Shown piece after piece: positions 1 through 14,000 of a stretch of DNA of 64,000 nucleotides. The notes beneath the pieces are model-generated. The model worked only from the letters and a program-made list of their open reading frames with translations, ran no database searches and was not told the origin of the DNA. How positions within the stretch are numbered: position 1 is the first letter of the stretch; each line of letters opens with the position of its first letter. This DNA comes from Takakia lepidozioides (Eukaryota > Plantae > Bryophyta), in assembly GCA_030704615.1 (NCBI GenBank), contig CM060731.1, positions 29,326,001 to 29,390,000 on the forward strand. The letters are read 5' to 3'. The translations under genes were made by a program, and so were the position numbers.

Positions 1-1211
1 AAATCAGACAATATTGCAGCAACCATCTTCTGCATTATCCAGAAAGGCCCCCCAGCAACACAACACTGGCATGAAATGCAGAATTAATTAGAGCCGACAT
101 CGCAAGCCTCCTGCACTGGCCAAAGGAGTGACCAAGACTGCAAGCATACACTCTGGAAAGGAAACAGAAGTGCATCTAGCTCTCAAATGCCTCAGTAGAT
201 GAAGAAGGGATTTCAGTTGCCGGACTGCCGCAACGGAGATACAAGCTGCTCAATATCTGTTGCTTTCTGCCCAAATAATTGGAAGGCAAGTTCCTTCCTT
301 TCTAATACCTCTAGTGGCGCTGCTTCCCATGTATCTTGAAGCTGCCCCCATCCATTGCTCCCTCCACTCCATTGATCAAGACCGCATTGCTTCCATGTGT
401 GGTTCCAACATTGTGCTGAAGGCTTCCATCATGGTTTGGGCTTTGTTTGGGAGGGGTAGAGTCAGGGGTAAAGAAAGACTCAACGCGAGAATTAGGGCTT
501 CCATCCATAGACCTACTTGCCTCGATCGGTCCATCACTATAAGGTCCAAGACACAATTGCATCTCCTTCTGAGACATTAGCAACAAGGGAGTGCTTCAGG
601 AGTGGAGATCTTGAGCTGAAGTTCCCCATGAGAATGATGGGAAGCCTGCTGTCGGTGCGGGTAAAACCCACTGCTGAAGCAAGCACCTGCCTATACGCTC
701 TGCATCAGCAGCAGTCAATGCCGGACAACGTTGGGAGACTGCTGACAGCAATGATTTGACTGCAGGATAGCCTTCCCGGGAAAATGTCCCACTTTCCCCA
801 CCTGTCTCTGCTGTCACGTTGTCGAGGACACCGGAAATAACACTACTCACATTCTCGGTCACTTCCGGACATGCCTCCACAATTTCAGCTATGTAGCCAA
901 TGACCTCTACAAAGTAAGTATCACAAAATTCCGAGCTGAATGAGAGAGCACCGTCCTTCGCAAAAGACGGAACTGCCTGCAAAAATTCCAAGACAAGGGA
1001 CAGACACTTTGTTTGATCCCGATCACCACAGCGAGACCGGAAAACATAGCGAGCCATTCAGAATTCCATCACACTGACGCTTCGTGACATGCACTGTCCC
1101 CCGCAGCATAGAGCCAGGAGTTGGACACTGACTCCACAACAACGCAATCCCCCCGTCCTGCAGGGCCTCATTCTCTGCAACCACATCACAAAATTCTTTC
1201 AACGCATTCAT
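1..1211 (-). CDS. PI4KA: Phosphatidylinositol 4-kinase alpha, first exon (gene continues off the left edge); several frameshifts as assembled
   Basis: Joined frames read MNALKEFCDVVAEN..WSQCP..VTKRQCDGIL / MARYV..LVLEFLQAVP..YPAVKSLLSAVSQRCPALTAADAERIGRCLLQQW / LE.KELAFQLFGQ. This is collinear with the plant PI4K-alpha N-terminus as I recall it (MEALTELCDIIAKNP...LEKQEIAFKL). Confidence 0.8.
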
Positions 1212-2589
1212 TCTGCTCCTGCCCTCTCTCCTTTCATCAGCTACAATCCACCTCCCACATGCTCATTGCAGCAATCTCACAGCACAGCCCCGACGAGAGA
1301 TCCGTGGAATAGTCTCTCTAGAATCTGAAGCCCATCCCGTCCGAAGCATTTTTCGAGGCCCGAGCCTGGTTTCATTGATAGTGCACGACTTTGGACGGAC
1401 GTTATAGAATATTCTGAGAATATTCTATTTATATCCTGCAGAAATCTGGACCGTTGACTGAATGAAAAGCGTGTTGGTGGGGCCGCCACGTTGCAGAATC
1501 AAGATGTCAAGATCCACAACGCAAGCATCTTATAGGCCTTTGAAATTTGCTCAGGTTCGGTCCCAGCTTCGGCGAGTGGTCAGGAACCCAAACCTCTTTC
1601 CAAGCCACAGACATGGAATCGTGATCTTCTGCGGAGCATAACCGGACCTGTAACGAGCCTATCCCGAGCCTATGCCTCCAGTCTGCTGTGGAAGCACGCT
1701 CTCCGTTTCTCGACGTGCGTGGGAGTTTGCGTGAGTGTGTTGTCTCTCTGCACGATTGATGCGGGAGAATCATCCGACGTTGCCGGCTGCAGCTCAGGTA
1801 TCTCCCACTTCTTGCTTGAAACCTTCTTTCTCTTGGGTTTCAACAAGTCTGTCCTCTCTTTTCTCGTTTTGAATTTTGTTTGACTGATGTCTTGTGTGCA
1901 TCACGCTTTTATATCCGGCTTACTCTGAGGCCGAGCTCTATAGCTTTCTTCCTTTTCCCTCTGGGTTTTTCTTTCGGTCTTTTCTCAACATTTTCTGTTC
2001 AAGTAGTCTCGTTCTGATTTGCTGTATGCGAGGTAGTCTTAACATCTTCCGCCTGCCTTCGTTGGCATCTTGTAGAGGCTCCTAGGGTGTGTGTGTGCAA
2101 CAACGGTGCGGTCGATTGCCAGTCTCTGTAGGATTCCGTATGGACGTGGAGTGTCTTCCTTTGTTCGCTCAGCATGAGGACACTTCAACTGAAAATTCGC
2201 CTTCTCCTCTAAATATTTCTTGTGGCTCATTATTAGTCGATTTTGGCCTGAAAATCTTAGTGAGAATGAGGTACGAGCAATGGGGGGCTTAATGCAGTTT
2301 TTGCGCGCCAGAAACCCGCATAGCTTCAAGGTTCTTCCCGGACACCATTGCATTTGCTTTCTGAAACAAAGTAATTAGCTGGCTTACAAGGTTTTGGTGG
2401 GGTTTTTCACTATCCGTGTATGTATGGCTCCCTTGTACAACTTCAACTTATAACTAGCGTGACCACTAATTCTTGGATTTGGCCATGGAAAAGGTCGACG
2501 AGTCTGAAGGGTGTTTCAAAGTCTTGATCGGTTGCTATCGTTGGCTGGATGCTAACTTATTGCGTATGGCATGATGAAGAAGGGTGAGG

Positions 2590-3963
2590 ATGTCAGGTGC
2601 AGCTCCTAAGAGTGAAGGGCCGAAGGGAGACAAGGCCCACAAAGGGGAGAAGGATGAGACCATAGCCAAGGCTGTGGGTGCCGTGATTGCAGCAGGCATT
2701 GGCTGGAGCTTGTACAAAGGGTTCCGCAGCAAGAAGTCAAGTGACCAACCTCTTTCGGAAACAGTGGACCAGCTATCTAAGGATGCCTCGGTCTGTATGC
2801 TCATATTTTTGTCCTTGGGAGAATTGTTTCAATGTGTAGAAGTGGGCCTTTGGAGGGGAGCAGAATGGGGGTAACCACCAATGCAAGGCCAAGGCTCAGT
2901 CCATCAATCACTGGGCTTCACAGTGTAACTGAAGTTGACTGTGGTTTCCCTCACTAGAAATCAATTCGTTGATCATGCATAAATGTGCATATTTACCCAA
3001 GAATCTGCATCCACTGGAGGACAACAGTTTATGGAATCGTCTTCCCCTTCTACAACTGAGTGAAAAGAGTTGTGGTGGCAAACATTCAGGATCCAAGATG
3101 GTTTCTCATTCAGAAGAGTAAATGTTTTGCAATGTTCACAGCCGTGGCTAGGCATATGGATATTATTTCCTTTCTCCCAGCTGTGTGTGTGAGAGAGAGA
3201 GGGAGGGAGAGAAATGAAAGGAAAGGAAATGGTACTTCCTCTCTCCCAGCTCTGTGAGTGAGAATGTACTCATAAGACTTTGTTTGTTGTAGCCTTGCGG
3301 CCATAGACCACGCGCCCAGTTCTGTGAGTGAAAGAGAGAGGGAGCAGATTGGCTGGGGGTGTGTTTGGAGTGGAATTTTGTGATGGTTGAGTTTCAAATC
3401 TTACTCTGTTGTGCTATTTCTAGCCTTGAAAGGAAACTGCATAACTTGAAGTCAGGACACAATGTACAGGATTCTGGCTCACGATTCGTGGAGAAGGCCC
3501 AACGAAAGAAGACCATTCTTGAGGGGAAGACTGTTGGCATCCACAAGGGTGACACTCTCTGGGGCCTTTCCCAAAAATACGGGGTATGATTGATTTAGTC
3601 CAAATGCTCTCTCTAGCCTAAATTTTTTCATGGTGTTGGTGATGCAAACAATATTGGACTTCTGTACAGTCTGTCAGGCAGGTATCTCTTTGATGAAGGG
3701 CTTGTCTTTGGATTGCACTGTGAATTTGCTGGATAGTAGACCTAACCCAGAGTGGCAACCTCGGTAAGAAAGACCAGGAGGCTCCCTGGCATGTTGGGTA
3801 GAAGAAGTCACTGCAGTCTTCGTCAGAAATATGGCAGTCTTCTTTAAACCAATTGTGTGTGGTAAAAATGGCACAGGTTTCTGTGGAAGCACTGAAAGCT
3901 GCAAATGGAATAGGGGCTGGAGATATTCTGACTGCTGGAGACACAATCTCTATCCCGAATTAG
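2590..3963 (+). CDS. Small LysM-domain protein with an N-terminal hydrophobic/TM segment
   Basis: GT-AG exons 2590-2790, 3470-3583 and 3877-3963 join in frame (133 aa): MSGAAPKS..AVGAVIAAGIGWSLYK..KTVGIHKGDTLWGLSQKYG|VSVEALKAANGIGAGDILTAGDTISIPN*, a complete LysM motif. A probable 5'UTR donor lies at ~1797. Divergent from PI4KA. Confidence 0.85.
3261..3322 (-). repeat. Short dispersed ~60-70 bp repeat (LINE 3' end or SINE-like); further copies at ~8427, 12878, 12924, 14990, 16735 and 17135
   Basis: Consensus CTGGGCGCGGGGTCTATGGCCRCAAGGCTATGGCAAACAACGTCTTATGAGTACATTCTCTC recurs in introns, in both orientations. Confidence 0.75.
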
Positions 3964-6181
3964 ACAGCTTGAGCAGTGCATCGCATGCTGACATTCTTTT
4001 ACAACAGGGATTAGATATAGTGTGGCATTATTATTGAGGCAACTCTCATTGTTTTGCACGTCCAATGTGAAGATTGGGTGTTGCAACACCTTGAAAAAGA
4101 GGTGGATGCTGTGTGGAATAAATTGGGAAGTTTGAAATTGAATCAAGGTTTTGAGCCAGAGAGTACTTGGCAGCAAATGAGTGCGCTCAACCAACCTTGT
4201 TTGGATACATCTCAAGGAGACCCTCCCTGCACAGAGAGATTTAGGGATTGGATAGAAGGTGCAACCAGAGATTTTGCAGATGGATGTGACATGGAAGAAA
4301 GAGAATAATGTCTGCAGGAAAGGATACAACAGTAGGTGCAGGATGCCTCAGGATAAGCTCAAGCTCTGTCATACATATCTGCATAATCCTATGCATGACA
4401 CTGAGCCTGCTCATTATATGAGGCGATCTCGGCAAAGCTAAGGTGACCATAGAATTTTTGTGACTCCTAGCAGTAGTTTCTTCCATAACTATTCTGATTA
4501 TGCGCTAGAGGGTGTTGAAAGTTGACAACGTCCAGCCCTCATTGGAAGGGAGACAGTCTTCACATGACTACCAAATCAGATGTTACAACTCCATACCTAT
4601 AGTAGGGTAGTAAGACTCATAAATCCCTGACATTCTTTTTTCATTCATTTTGACCTCCCGGGGGACCTCGCGACAGGGGCAAAGGGAAACAAGGCTGAAA
4701 AATGCAAACTTTTAGCCAAAAGCTGATTTGGTGGGCCCACCATTCGCCAGAGGGCCGGCAAGAGGGAGGCACATGGCGCCATATTGAATGAAGGCAATTT
4801 ACAACATAGGAGCCAGATCCCACCAACCACCTCCAGGACATCGCCTTGTTCCGAGTAGGCGGGAGGACGTGGAGCCAGCTATGGTGCCCATTTTTCTACC
4901 TAACATATATATGTATATATTTAGTCTATATAGATATACTTTGTACTGATGAATTTGTAACATGTGTATGGGTAATGGTGTTCAATTCCTAACAACTCAC
5001 TATTTTTTCGGTAGCAACCTGGCTTGGATGATAAAGTTCCTAAATATGAAAAAGGTGACCGCGTAGGAGGGCCAAAAGGATGACTGTAGAGGAGGATGAT
5101 AATCAAAAGGGTGGCAGAGGTCTACAAAAACAGAATGAGAATGTCACTTATTCATTTTTCTGGGATGAAAGGACACATGTCAGCAAGTTTAGAAAAAAAA
5201 AAAGGCTAAAACACACCTCTTCATTCTTTCATTTTTTCTCTTTCCTCTCCTTAGGCCTTAGGGCTCTTGCAAGTTGCAGAGCGTGCTTCGTAGGAACTTC
5301 ATGTTAGTATCAGTAATCACTCAAGGCTGCGATTGAAGAGAGCTAAGGCGAAGGCTACGATTGAATAGACCTAAGGCGGCAATTGGCAACTGTACAGATT
5401 CCGTGTTTACAAGCTTTGTGAGCCAAGTTACTTGGTAATTTTATTTGTATGTCCAAGAGCTTTGCAAACATTGATACTTCTTCTCTATGTGCCATGTAGC
5501 ATTAGGCAGGGTCTATTTTGGCCAGGGTTCAAATATGCCACTTAATGTAGATTGAAATGCAATATAAACCAATTTAAGGTTTTGTACTTATGAATGGTGG
5601 TTTAAATTTTTATTTTTTTGGTGGTGTTTGCCATAATTTCTGCCTAGTCTCCATGTTGAGAGCCTCCAATTTGCTATGTCAATTCTGGGTTATTCGCCTC
5701 AGCAAGTCTACTAGGTTTTAGGTTCATTCGCCCAACACCCATTCAAAATCTCATATTATCGCCAGTCATTTCGACTCACTAAAATCATTCCTAGATCGTC
5801 ACACCTACAAATGATTTTTTTCATGGATTTTTCATTAATCAATCATAGAAATAAGCTACATGCATGTACATGTACAATCAATTGAAGGGATGGGTACAGT
5901 TATGTGCGAGAATTATTATGTAGCTTTGATTACGTGTCTAATCGACTTGAACATGATCATCCGAAGCTTCTTCGTCCTCATAAAGCTGCAAGTCTTCTTG
6001 CTCATCAGTCATTGTCATAAATGGCCTGGTCACCAAAAGGCATATCTGAATCATCTTCCACCTCGGTTTCAATGACCATGTCTTCATCTTCTTCTGCAAC
6101 ATCCACATCTGATGGAGCCTCATCGTATAGGGTCCGGGATACATTGTCCGGGGCGTCATCATTCTTTTGTACCCCCTCTAT

Positions 6182-7345
6182 CTAACCTCGGCCAACATCA
6201 GCGTCATCATGATCAGTCTCTTCCTCCTCCGCATTTGCCCCGCCCCATGTAGATCCCCGACCATGATAGATACGTCTTCCTCTTGGCTGAGCATGCACAA
6301 CCACTTTCCAATTTCCTGATCCGGAGAAAAAAACTTGATCTATGTCTGAAGGCGATGGAAAAGGCTCATCGGAGGGATGATGAGTAGACTCGAGTCTATC
6401 TGTATTGACGCGCATGAAACCACACTCGTCTTCCACTATTGTTGCGGATGGCCCCACAAGATGTGGCTGGAACCACCTTGCCTTGAAGATAAGAGGCTGG
6501 TGCCTTGTATACTGAAGTTGGAGTATGCTCTCAAGCTCTCCAAAGTAGTTGAGTGTGCTCATGGTAGGTCGTGTATCTCCCCTGCCCCACACGGAGTCTT
6601 GCCAATATGGGAAACACAAGCCAGAATCAAACGTTGTTTTGCGCTTCATGTCAAGAGCACGAATGCGAAAATGACGACCATGAACCCAAACCGCCGTGTA
6701 TGAGGTCGCAAATTGAGAAGGGCCCCTTGCAATGTCTTGCACCAAATTTGAAACCACCTCACCTTTCACAATGCTATCCTCTACTTCAGTCTGAAACCAA
6801 TGGCTTAGAGGCTGCAATTCCATGGGCAATTCTTGTGAAGACACATTTATACGCCGGCCCCTTGCTCGCGGAGCGCGTGTAGTCGCCCTTGCATAGTTCC
6901 GCCTCCACGCAACCATCTCCTCATGTCGTTGCTGAACAAGGTTATTGTATCTTGCCTCCCACTCATGTATGGATGGGGTGTTCTTCAGTATGAACTCATG
7001 CGCTTGGTTAATCACCATGATGGGTAATTTTACCCTCTTTGAATTTTTGGGCAAAACGATGTCATTGGTTCGTACATCCTCATCTTCCTTCCACATCGGA
7101 GGGGCTTCCTCATCCACCCTTGCCAAGTACTCCATGCAGTAGAACATAGCCTCTTGCAATGTATACCTCTCCGCCATGCCACCCTCCGGGTGTGCCATCA
7201 AAGTCTTCATGTATCGCTCAAGGTAGTACATCCACCGAGAATGAACGGGGCCGGCAATCGAAGCCTCTTCCACTAAGTGCACTATCAAGTGCATTTAGAT
7301 GTCAAAGAAGGAGGGATGAAGGTGCATCTCCAACATTACTTGATG
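6182..7345 (-). mobile_element. CACTA/En-Spm transposase (TnpD-like, DUF4218/DUF4216 region) remnant
   Basis: LEMHLHPSFFDI*MHLIVHLVEEASIAGPVHSRWMYYLERYMKTL..HPEGGMAERY..YFGELESILQLQY..FKARWF..DEPF..QVFF are hallmark TnpD motifs. There is an in-frame stop, and no TIRs were found. Confidence 0.85.
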
Positions 7346-7419
7346 TTGTCAATGTCGGGGGAAGAGAGCTTGTGTCTATTTAGGGAATTCCAAAAAGGCC
7401 TTGATGTGAAATGCATCGC

Positions 7420-7580
7420 AATTCACTTGATCAGTATGCAAGACATCTTGCCCATTGTAGTACGTGGGACATTGACTCCCGAGGTTCGCGAGAGAGTCTA
7501 TATGATTGGGAGCATTGTTCCGATGGATTTGCTCCAAAGAGCTGGAGAAAACGGACTTTCCACGCATGAAGAATCATGCT
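7420..7580 (+). mobile_element. Inverted upstream fragment of a CACTA transposase
   Basis: MQDILPIVVRGTLTPEVRERVY..(frameshift)RWICSKELE matches the TnpD segment that precedes FFDIMxHL, but lies on the opposite strand. Confidence 0.6.
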
Positions 7581-8007
7581 GAGTTTGTCCTTTAGTCACC
7601 ATATAAGCCCTGCCTGAACAGATCCTTCGTTTCAACGTGACCGCGACCTTCGGCTTTGGCGTCGATGAAAGGGGAGAGCCAGGAAAAATGGCGAGCAAAA
7701 CGCGGCGGGGGAAAACAGGCACGGGCAGCGAACGAAACTAAAACTTCTACCGAACATTTGCTACGGTAACTTTTCAGTGCGGCAGCGATAGTGTTAGTTG
7801 GAGCAGCTGTTAGGAAAACGGGCCTGTTAAGCCGTTAGCAGGTGTTCTACGCTAGCAGCGCGGTGCGGACGGGGCCTTACAGACAGTGAAGAAGCTTGAC
7901 AATGCTGCAGATCTCTATGTATGCAAAAGGCTTAGACCAGGAACAAGAAGCTCCAAAGCAAAGGGGAGGGATACATAAGTAGTTTTTACAAAAAGGAGGA
8001 GGGAAGA

Positions 8008-11000
8008 ATGCAGTCCTGCCAATTTGCTCGCCTCGCACTACGCATTGGCTCTTCAAACCCTTGCCACAGGGATGAGCTCTTGGGAGGTGGAGTGGTTCGT
8101 CCATGGGCTTTGGTAGCCAGGGTGGATTCTCTGCATGCACCCATGGGCCTATGGCGATTGCTTGTATCCAAAGCAGGAACAGTGCCTGGTGTACTGGGGT
8201 CTTTGTCAACTACGGAAGCGGAAGCACTTTATCCAACAGAAGAGAAGCAGCAAAATTGGACTAGGAATTACCAGACAGGCATGAAGGCAACCTTTTTGAG
8301 GAAGGAGATGGTTGGCCTTTATGGTTATGAAATACTGAAAACTGCAAAGGGGTTTCGCATCTTTGCCCAAGATGGAATTGACAAGTAAGTTCCATGCAGA
8401 CTTAAGAGTTTGGGACCCTGGCTTACAATGTACTCATAAGACGTCGTTTGCCATGGCCTTGACACTATCTTATCTGACGAGAACAACAGGTTAGAACTGA
8501 AAAGGTAGAATGTGACATTTCCAGTATTTACTAGTTTCTGGGATCATTACATTCCTGTTCTATGGTGCCTTGTCAATCATGGTTGTTTTGCATCCAGGAT
8601 GGTGCCACATTTATTGAACACTGCCCTTATGACGAAATCCAACATTAACTCATGGGGTGCATAATTTGAAATTCTCACATAGGTTTTTAATTTTGTGAGG
8701 GTCCCTTGCTCTCCCTCAGAAGTGCGGTGTATGTGCATACTCAAGGTAAAACACTATGCAGGCTTAGGAGGATGTTAGCATATTCTTTCCACTCTGCTGA
8801 TCCTAACAAATTCCCAGACTAAGGATTTCATTAAAGTGCAGTTATTTGGTGTTAATGTGGACAGATCGGAGGACCTGATAAGGCGCATTCAAGAGATGCC
8901 TCCATCAATGGATGTCATTCGTGCCATGGATGACATCTCTGATACGGTACTCCTGATCCAGCCTCTGAGAGTCTTGCTCCGCATGTGCTCTCAATTTACA
9001 GGATGCTATGAACATGAGAGGAACAAAGAGAAAAATGAATGTGAATTTCACCTGCTTGGCAAACAAACTGAAATGAAGGTAGGAGAGAGATAAGTGCGCT
9101 ACCTACCATGGAACAGATGTTGTAGCCTTGCAGCCAGTTACTTCATGGAAGGGTGACGAGAGTATACCTGGTGCTCTTTCGTGTGGATATCATCATCTGA
9201 TGGTTTGGGTTGATGTGAGGCAGGTCTGCACAGTAGTGGATGCAGCTGAGCTGTGTCGAAACACACATCCTGACAAGTAAGGTGTATTTCTTGCACCTCT
9301 TTCTTTATTTGTCCCCATACACTGAGCAGTAACACATATGAGGACACTAACCAGGGTCAGTGTTTATGTCGATTGTTGGAAATATGTCTTTGAATAACTA
9401 ACAAAACAATGAGCTCCTTTGGTGCAGCCTATTTTTAAGGGTCCAGGTCTACTGGGAGCTAAGCTGTATAGGAGGACCGCCACTGTTTTATCTATACACC
9501 TCAATAATTGTTGTTGTTGGAGTTTGTTGGTTTGGCCAGTACCTAGAAGTGCTAGCAAGCCTTCTGTGGGTGCTATAGTGCCTTACCCATTAACAGGATT
9601 TGTTTTCTCTTTAAGGGTTGCAGGAGGTTGTCTGTTTAAATACATAGGTGACTTTTTGCAAGGCTTCCAGACCCCTGCAGCCTGAGGGTCCTGGAAGGCC
9701 TCCTGCTGGGCAGTTTGCAGTCCTCAAAAGTAGTGGTAGGAACTGTATCATTTTTCCGATTAAAAATTTAGTAGTGAAATTTTGTAGGCTGGTTATCTAT
9801 AATTCCTGTTAGTTTTGGAAAGGGGTGGATGTCTCCATGTTTTCTTCGTAGGATGCCCTGTCTGTTGCAGGGAATTTGTGGAAGAATCCAACCATGCCTC
9901 CATGAAGGTCTACGAGTACTTGCAGGTATGCACATTTCTCCTCTACCTACTCCCATTGCACTGGACTCCATTTGGAAGTCTTAGCTAGGGGCTCGATGTG
10001 TGAGAAGGTGCATGGAACTTCTCATGTGATTCTATGTATGGTTTACTTTTTAACGAGATGGAAATTGCAGTAAATAGATGATCTGCAGGCTCAGTTCCTC
10101 GAAGGTGCTAATGTTGACATGGGATGGCAGTATTTGAACTCTCATCCGGTGCTCTACAAAGCGGTGGTTGGTGTGGAGCAGTCTCCTGATGCATTGACAT
10201 CAGAGGAAGCTAGGAGGGCTGCCAAGACCCTGCGCATGGACTTCGAGAGGGGGGGAATCCATCTTCCGGTTGGTGAGGACTTCCGTTTCCTTGATCTAGT
10301 GTTGTGGTTGCTTGTACCTCCAGAAAACTGATCACAGTATAATGTGAAAGCTGTAAGAGCAATTTGGAGGGTCTGTTTGTGTTAGGTTCTGAATATGACA
10401 TTGGATATTTTACCCAGTATTCCTTGGTCCCCTTTGTTGGTGTATGTTTGTAGCTTCTGCCTATTAATGTTTTGCGATTTTATGCACTGGAACTCTTATG
10501 ATGTATAAGATGGCGTGGCAATCTGCTGCAAGGACTTCAATCATTGTGGTAAGATACAGAACATGATTACAACAGGAATTCTGAGACATGAAAGGCAGCT
10601 TAGGGTTTGTATTAGGGGAACCACATCTTTCTGCCGGCCATTGCACTTTGTGTGACGGACAATGAGGTGTTAAGTGTGTTCATGGGTGGTGAGGTTGCAG
10701 AGAAGTTGAATCGCGCAAATGATCTGAACCTTGAAATCACTCGACTTGGCAGAGAGTAAGCGACGTTTCCTGTTTTCGTCTCACTCCAAGGAAACTTATC
10801 ACTGTTTGCATCTCCTTACCATTAAGATGCTGTACCTTTGGGGATCTCTCCTGCAAAACTTATCAAAGTCAATGTCAATTGGAGCCTTACATGTTTTCAC
10901 TTCCATACCAGGTTTGGGGAGCACATGATGAGAGATCAGGGTCAGCTTGATATATTTCCAGCATCAGCCATTCCAAAGAGTATTCAGCACATGATGAAGC

Positions 11001-14000
11001 CCATTTGGGTGGAAAAAGATGGTCGGGTTGGATGGTCTCGGAAGTCTAAAGTGGTTGCAGCAGACGACGACAATATGGGAATGCGTGTGATAACTGAGCC
11101 TGTTGTTCTCTCATCCATTCTGAAATATGTCACAGACTCTGAGGTGGGTTCTTAATGTCGAGGAAAAGGAAATTGAGGATTCAGGGTATGGTGCAGTGAA
11201 GCATCTTACCATCAGACCCTCTTAACGGTGTTAGAGCTTTCCAGATGCTATTTTCAGCCTCCTGGAGGTCAATCTTTGTCCTTGCACTCTGAGCTGGGCT
11301 ATTAACTTACTGTACGCTTCTCTTATCCTTGAGATCCATGGGAAGAGGTGATTAATGTTTAAAATGGGAAGGTTCCTTCCTCATCGTAACATATAGTTTG
11401 ACATGTTGGTTGTTGAACTTCATCACGTGGCCAAAGAAGCATGCCAAACCGTGTCCGCCGGGGCTTGGTTTGGACTTGATTCGCTCATAGGATGCCAGTA
11501 GTTAGTGATGAAGGTGGACTACATCTTTTAGGAAATCAGCTGCAATGCAATGACAGACTTGAGTATAATACAAGGATGCATCTAGAGTCATATTTGTAGT
11601 TTCTTGTGGCAAAGATGCTAAATGCAATGGTAACATACTCATGCATCACAAAGAAGTCTATCGCAGGTGAGAAGAAGGGTGTATATGGTGGGGCATAGTG
11701 TGCCTAAAGCCAATTTGCGAGTGCTGGACCATCTCATTGGTGCTCGGCACGAGCTTGCGCAGGTATGCATGTCTTGCAGTAGACCAATTTGTAGATAGCC
11801 GGCTCTTAGATGAAGAATGAATCAAGAAATCTACTCTAGTGGCACTGCCTGCTTCAGCCTTTTGCCTATTCCCCACTTTAGAGCAAGAGAACAGTGAGTT
11901 TGTTGTCTAGTTCAAGAGAATCTTTAGTTCTAAATGCTAAGCGGTTATTCGTATTGATTTGACTGAGGCAATTCATGGGCATAGATTTGTTTCTCATCTT
12001 TCCATCCTACGCCTACATTTATTAGATTGTTTTCAAGGCTGACACGTTGTCATCCTGCATATTTGTAGGGCCGTGACTTAGACCTGCATGATTAATATAT
12101 CTTTCTTTTTAATCTGTACGGATGTCCATTGGGTAACAATGCTACCTGTTTTTCTTGTCACTTCACTTCTATGTCCTTCGTATGTTGGAAACTTGATTTA
12201 TGAATAAGAATGAGGTATGCAGCTCGTGGGGTATAATTCGTATGCGGAGTTTGCAATTGCACCAACTATGGCTCAGTCCCCAGAGGCTGTCATCTCATTC
12301 TTGGAAGAGATCAGCACCAAAATCCGTTCGAAGGCTGATGAGGTATTGGACCGTCATTGGTATTCACCGAAGTTTGTGTCTCAAAGCTTGTTGATTTTTG
12401 TATTAGTATACAAGATGCTATATAAGTTTCTCAACCTTGAAGCGCTTGCGAGCTAGTTACAATCGACTAGGATATACTTGTGATGAATAATCATTAGGAC
12501 TGGGTTAAAGGGAGCCTGCACTCCTATAGCAGAGCTTATGTCAATAGCTGCAAGGACCTTGTGCACTATACCTGTCCCTGCCCTCAATTTGCTCCTCTCA
12601 TCTCTTTCGAAACATCCAAACCCAGCCATTCTGAATGCATGTCATCCATGCTGTAGGAGCTGAAGATGCTGGCAGAATTTCAGAAGCAGGTGGATAGCGG
12701 ACGGAGTGACAGTGCAGTGAATCCATGGGATGAGTCCTACTATGCCGGCTTGCTCAAGGCTCGCACTCATGATTTGAATGCTGCGGTCAGTTTGCGTGAC
12801 TAGCACTTCACCATGATACTTGTGGTGTGTGTGATATGTTTCTTCTTCTTTCTCTCTCTCTCATAATAGAATGAGAGAAGGCTACGGCAAACAACGTCTT
12901 ATGAGTACATTCTCTCTCATAACAGAATGTACTCGTAAGATGTTGTTTGCCATAGCCTTGTGGCCATTGACCCCGCGCCCAGTTTGAGCGGAACACAAAC
13001 TGTTATCAGAGAGCGGAACACTACTGGCGTCAGCCCCTGACAAAGGTAGGTTCTGTCCCTTCGAGTTCTGCTCTCTGATAACAGAGAGAGATCAAGAGGT
13101 CTATCCTGCATTGAATTACTACCACCACACTGAAGTTTACTTGGAGGGGTTATGGCCACCCAAGATGACTTCCGCATGCTAGTGTCTTCTGTTTTGGCAA
13201 AGCATTTGAGCTGATGTGGAATAGACGGCTGGATAGGTGGGGAACACATTCGCATGTACATCAATAGCAGTTTATTTGCGCGCATCAGCATCAGTTAAGT
13301 ACATGTATAGTGTGCTATTGAAGACTGCAGGTAAGTAGTATGTAACTTATGTCAATCATCTTGACCAGTGCCCTGTTGCCAGCAATCTAATCTCGTAAAG
13401 GGGATACTGTAATGACCAATTACTGACGAGTACATGGCTTAGACAGGTAGTGGCATCCTACTTTCCTGTTGGGCAGTGTCTAGAAGCCCTACGGGTCATG
13501 AGCAGGTCATTGTTTGGTGCAACCTTTGAGGTAGTGCCATTGGCTCCTGGAGAAGCTTGGGATCCAGATGTCCAGAAGTTGACTCTCCGACACTCATCTG
13601 AGGTAATTTGAGGCCCCCAAAATCTTTTCTATCGCAAGGTGTCAGAGATCATGACCTTGCTGGTATATAAAAGAGAATGGGAACTGCCTCAGCTATGTTG
13701 CTATCTGCATGAGTGCATCGGCTTTTGGTCTGCTATTAGGCTGTCTGAGGTTTTGGAGCATCGTATGACAAGCTGCAGAGAAAAAGTCAGTAGTAGTTGG
13801 CCACTTATCAGCCCTCAGGTGTTGGCTCTAAACTTCATAAAATGAGGAGGGTAGGGGATGAAGAAGCGGCACAAGGAGTGGATGGAGAGGATAATGGAAA
13901 GGGTTTATGTGTTGGTGAGGATGCCAAATGTTGTTTAACTGGGGGTCTCATTTCACTCTTGCATGCGGACTCAACATGTAGAGGATGATCTAAACAGAAG

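Noticed and set aside
4629-5146. Possible MITE with TGACATTCT..AGAATGTCA ends
   Set aside because: The inverted match is short and gapped, and there is no TSD.
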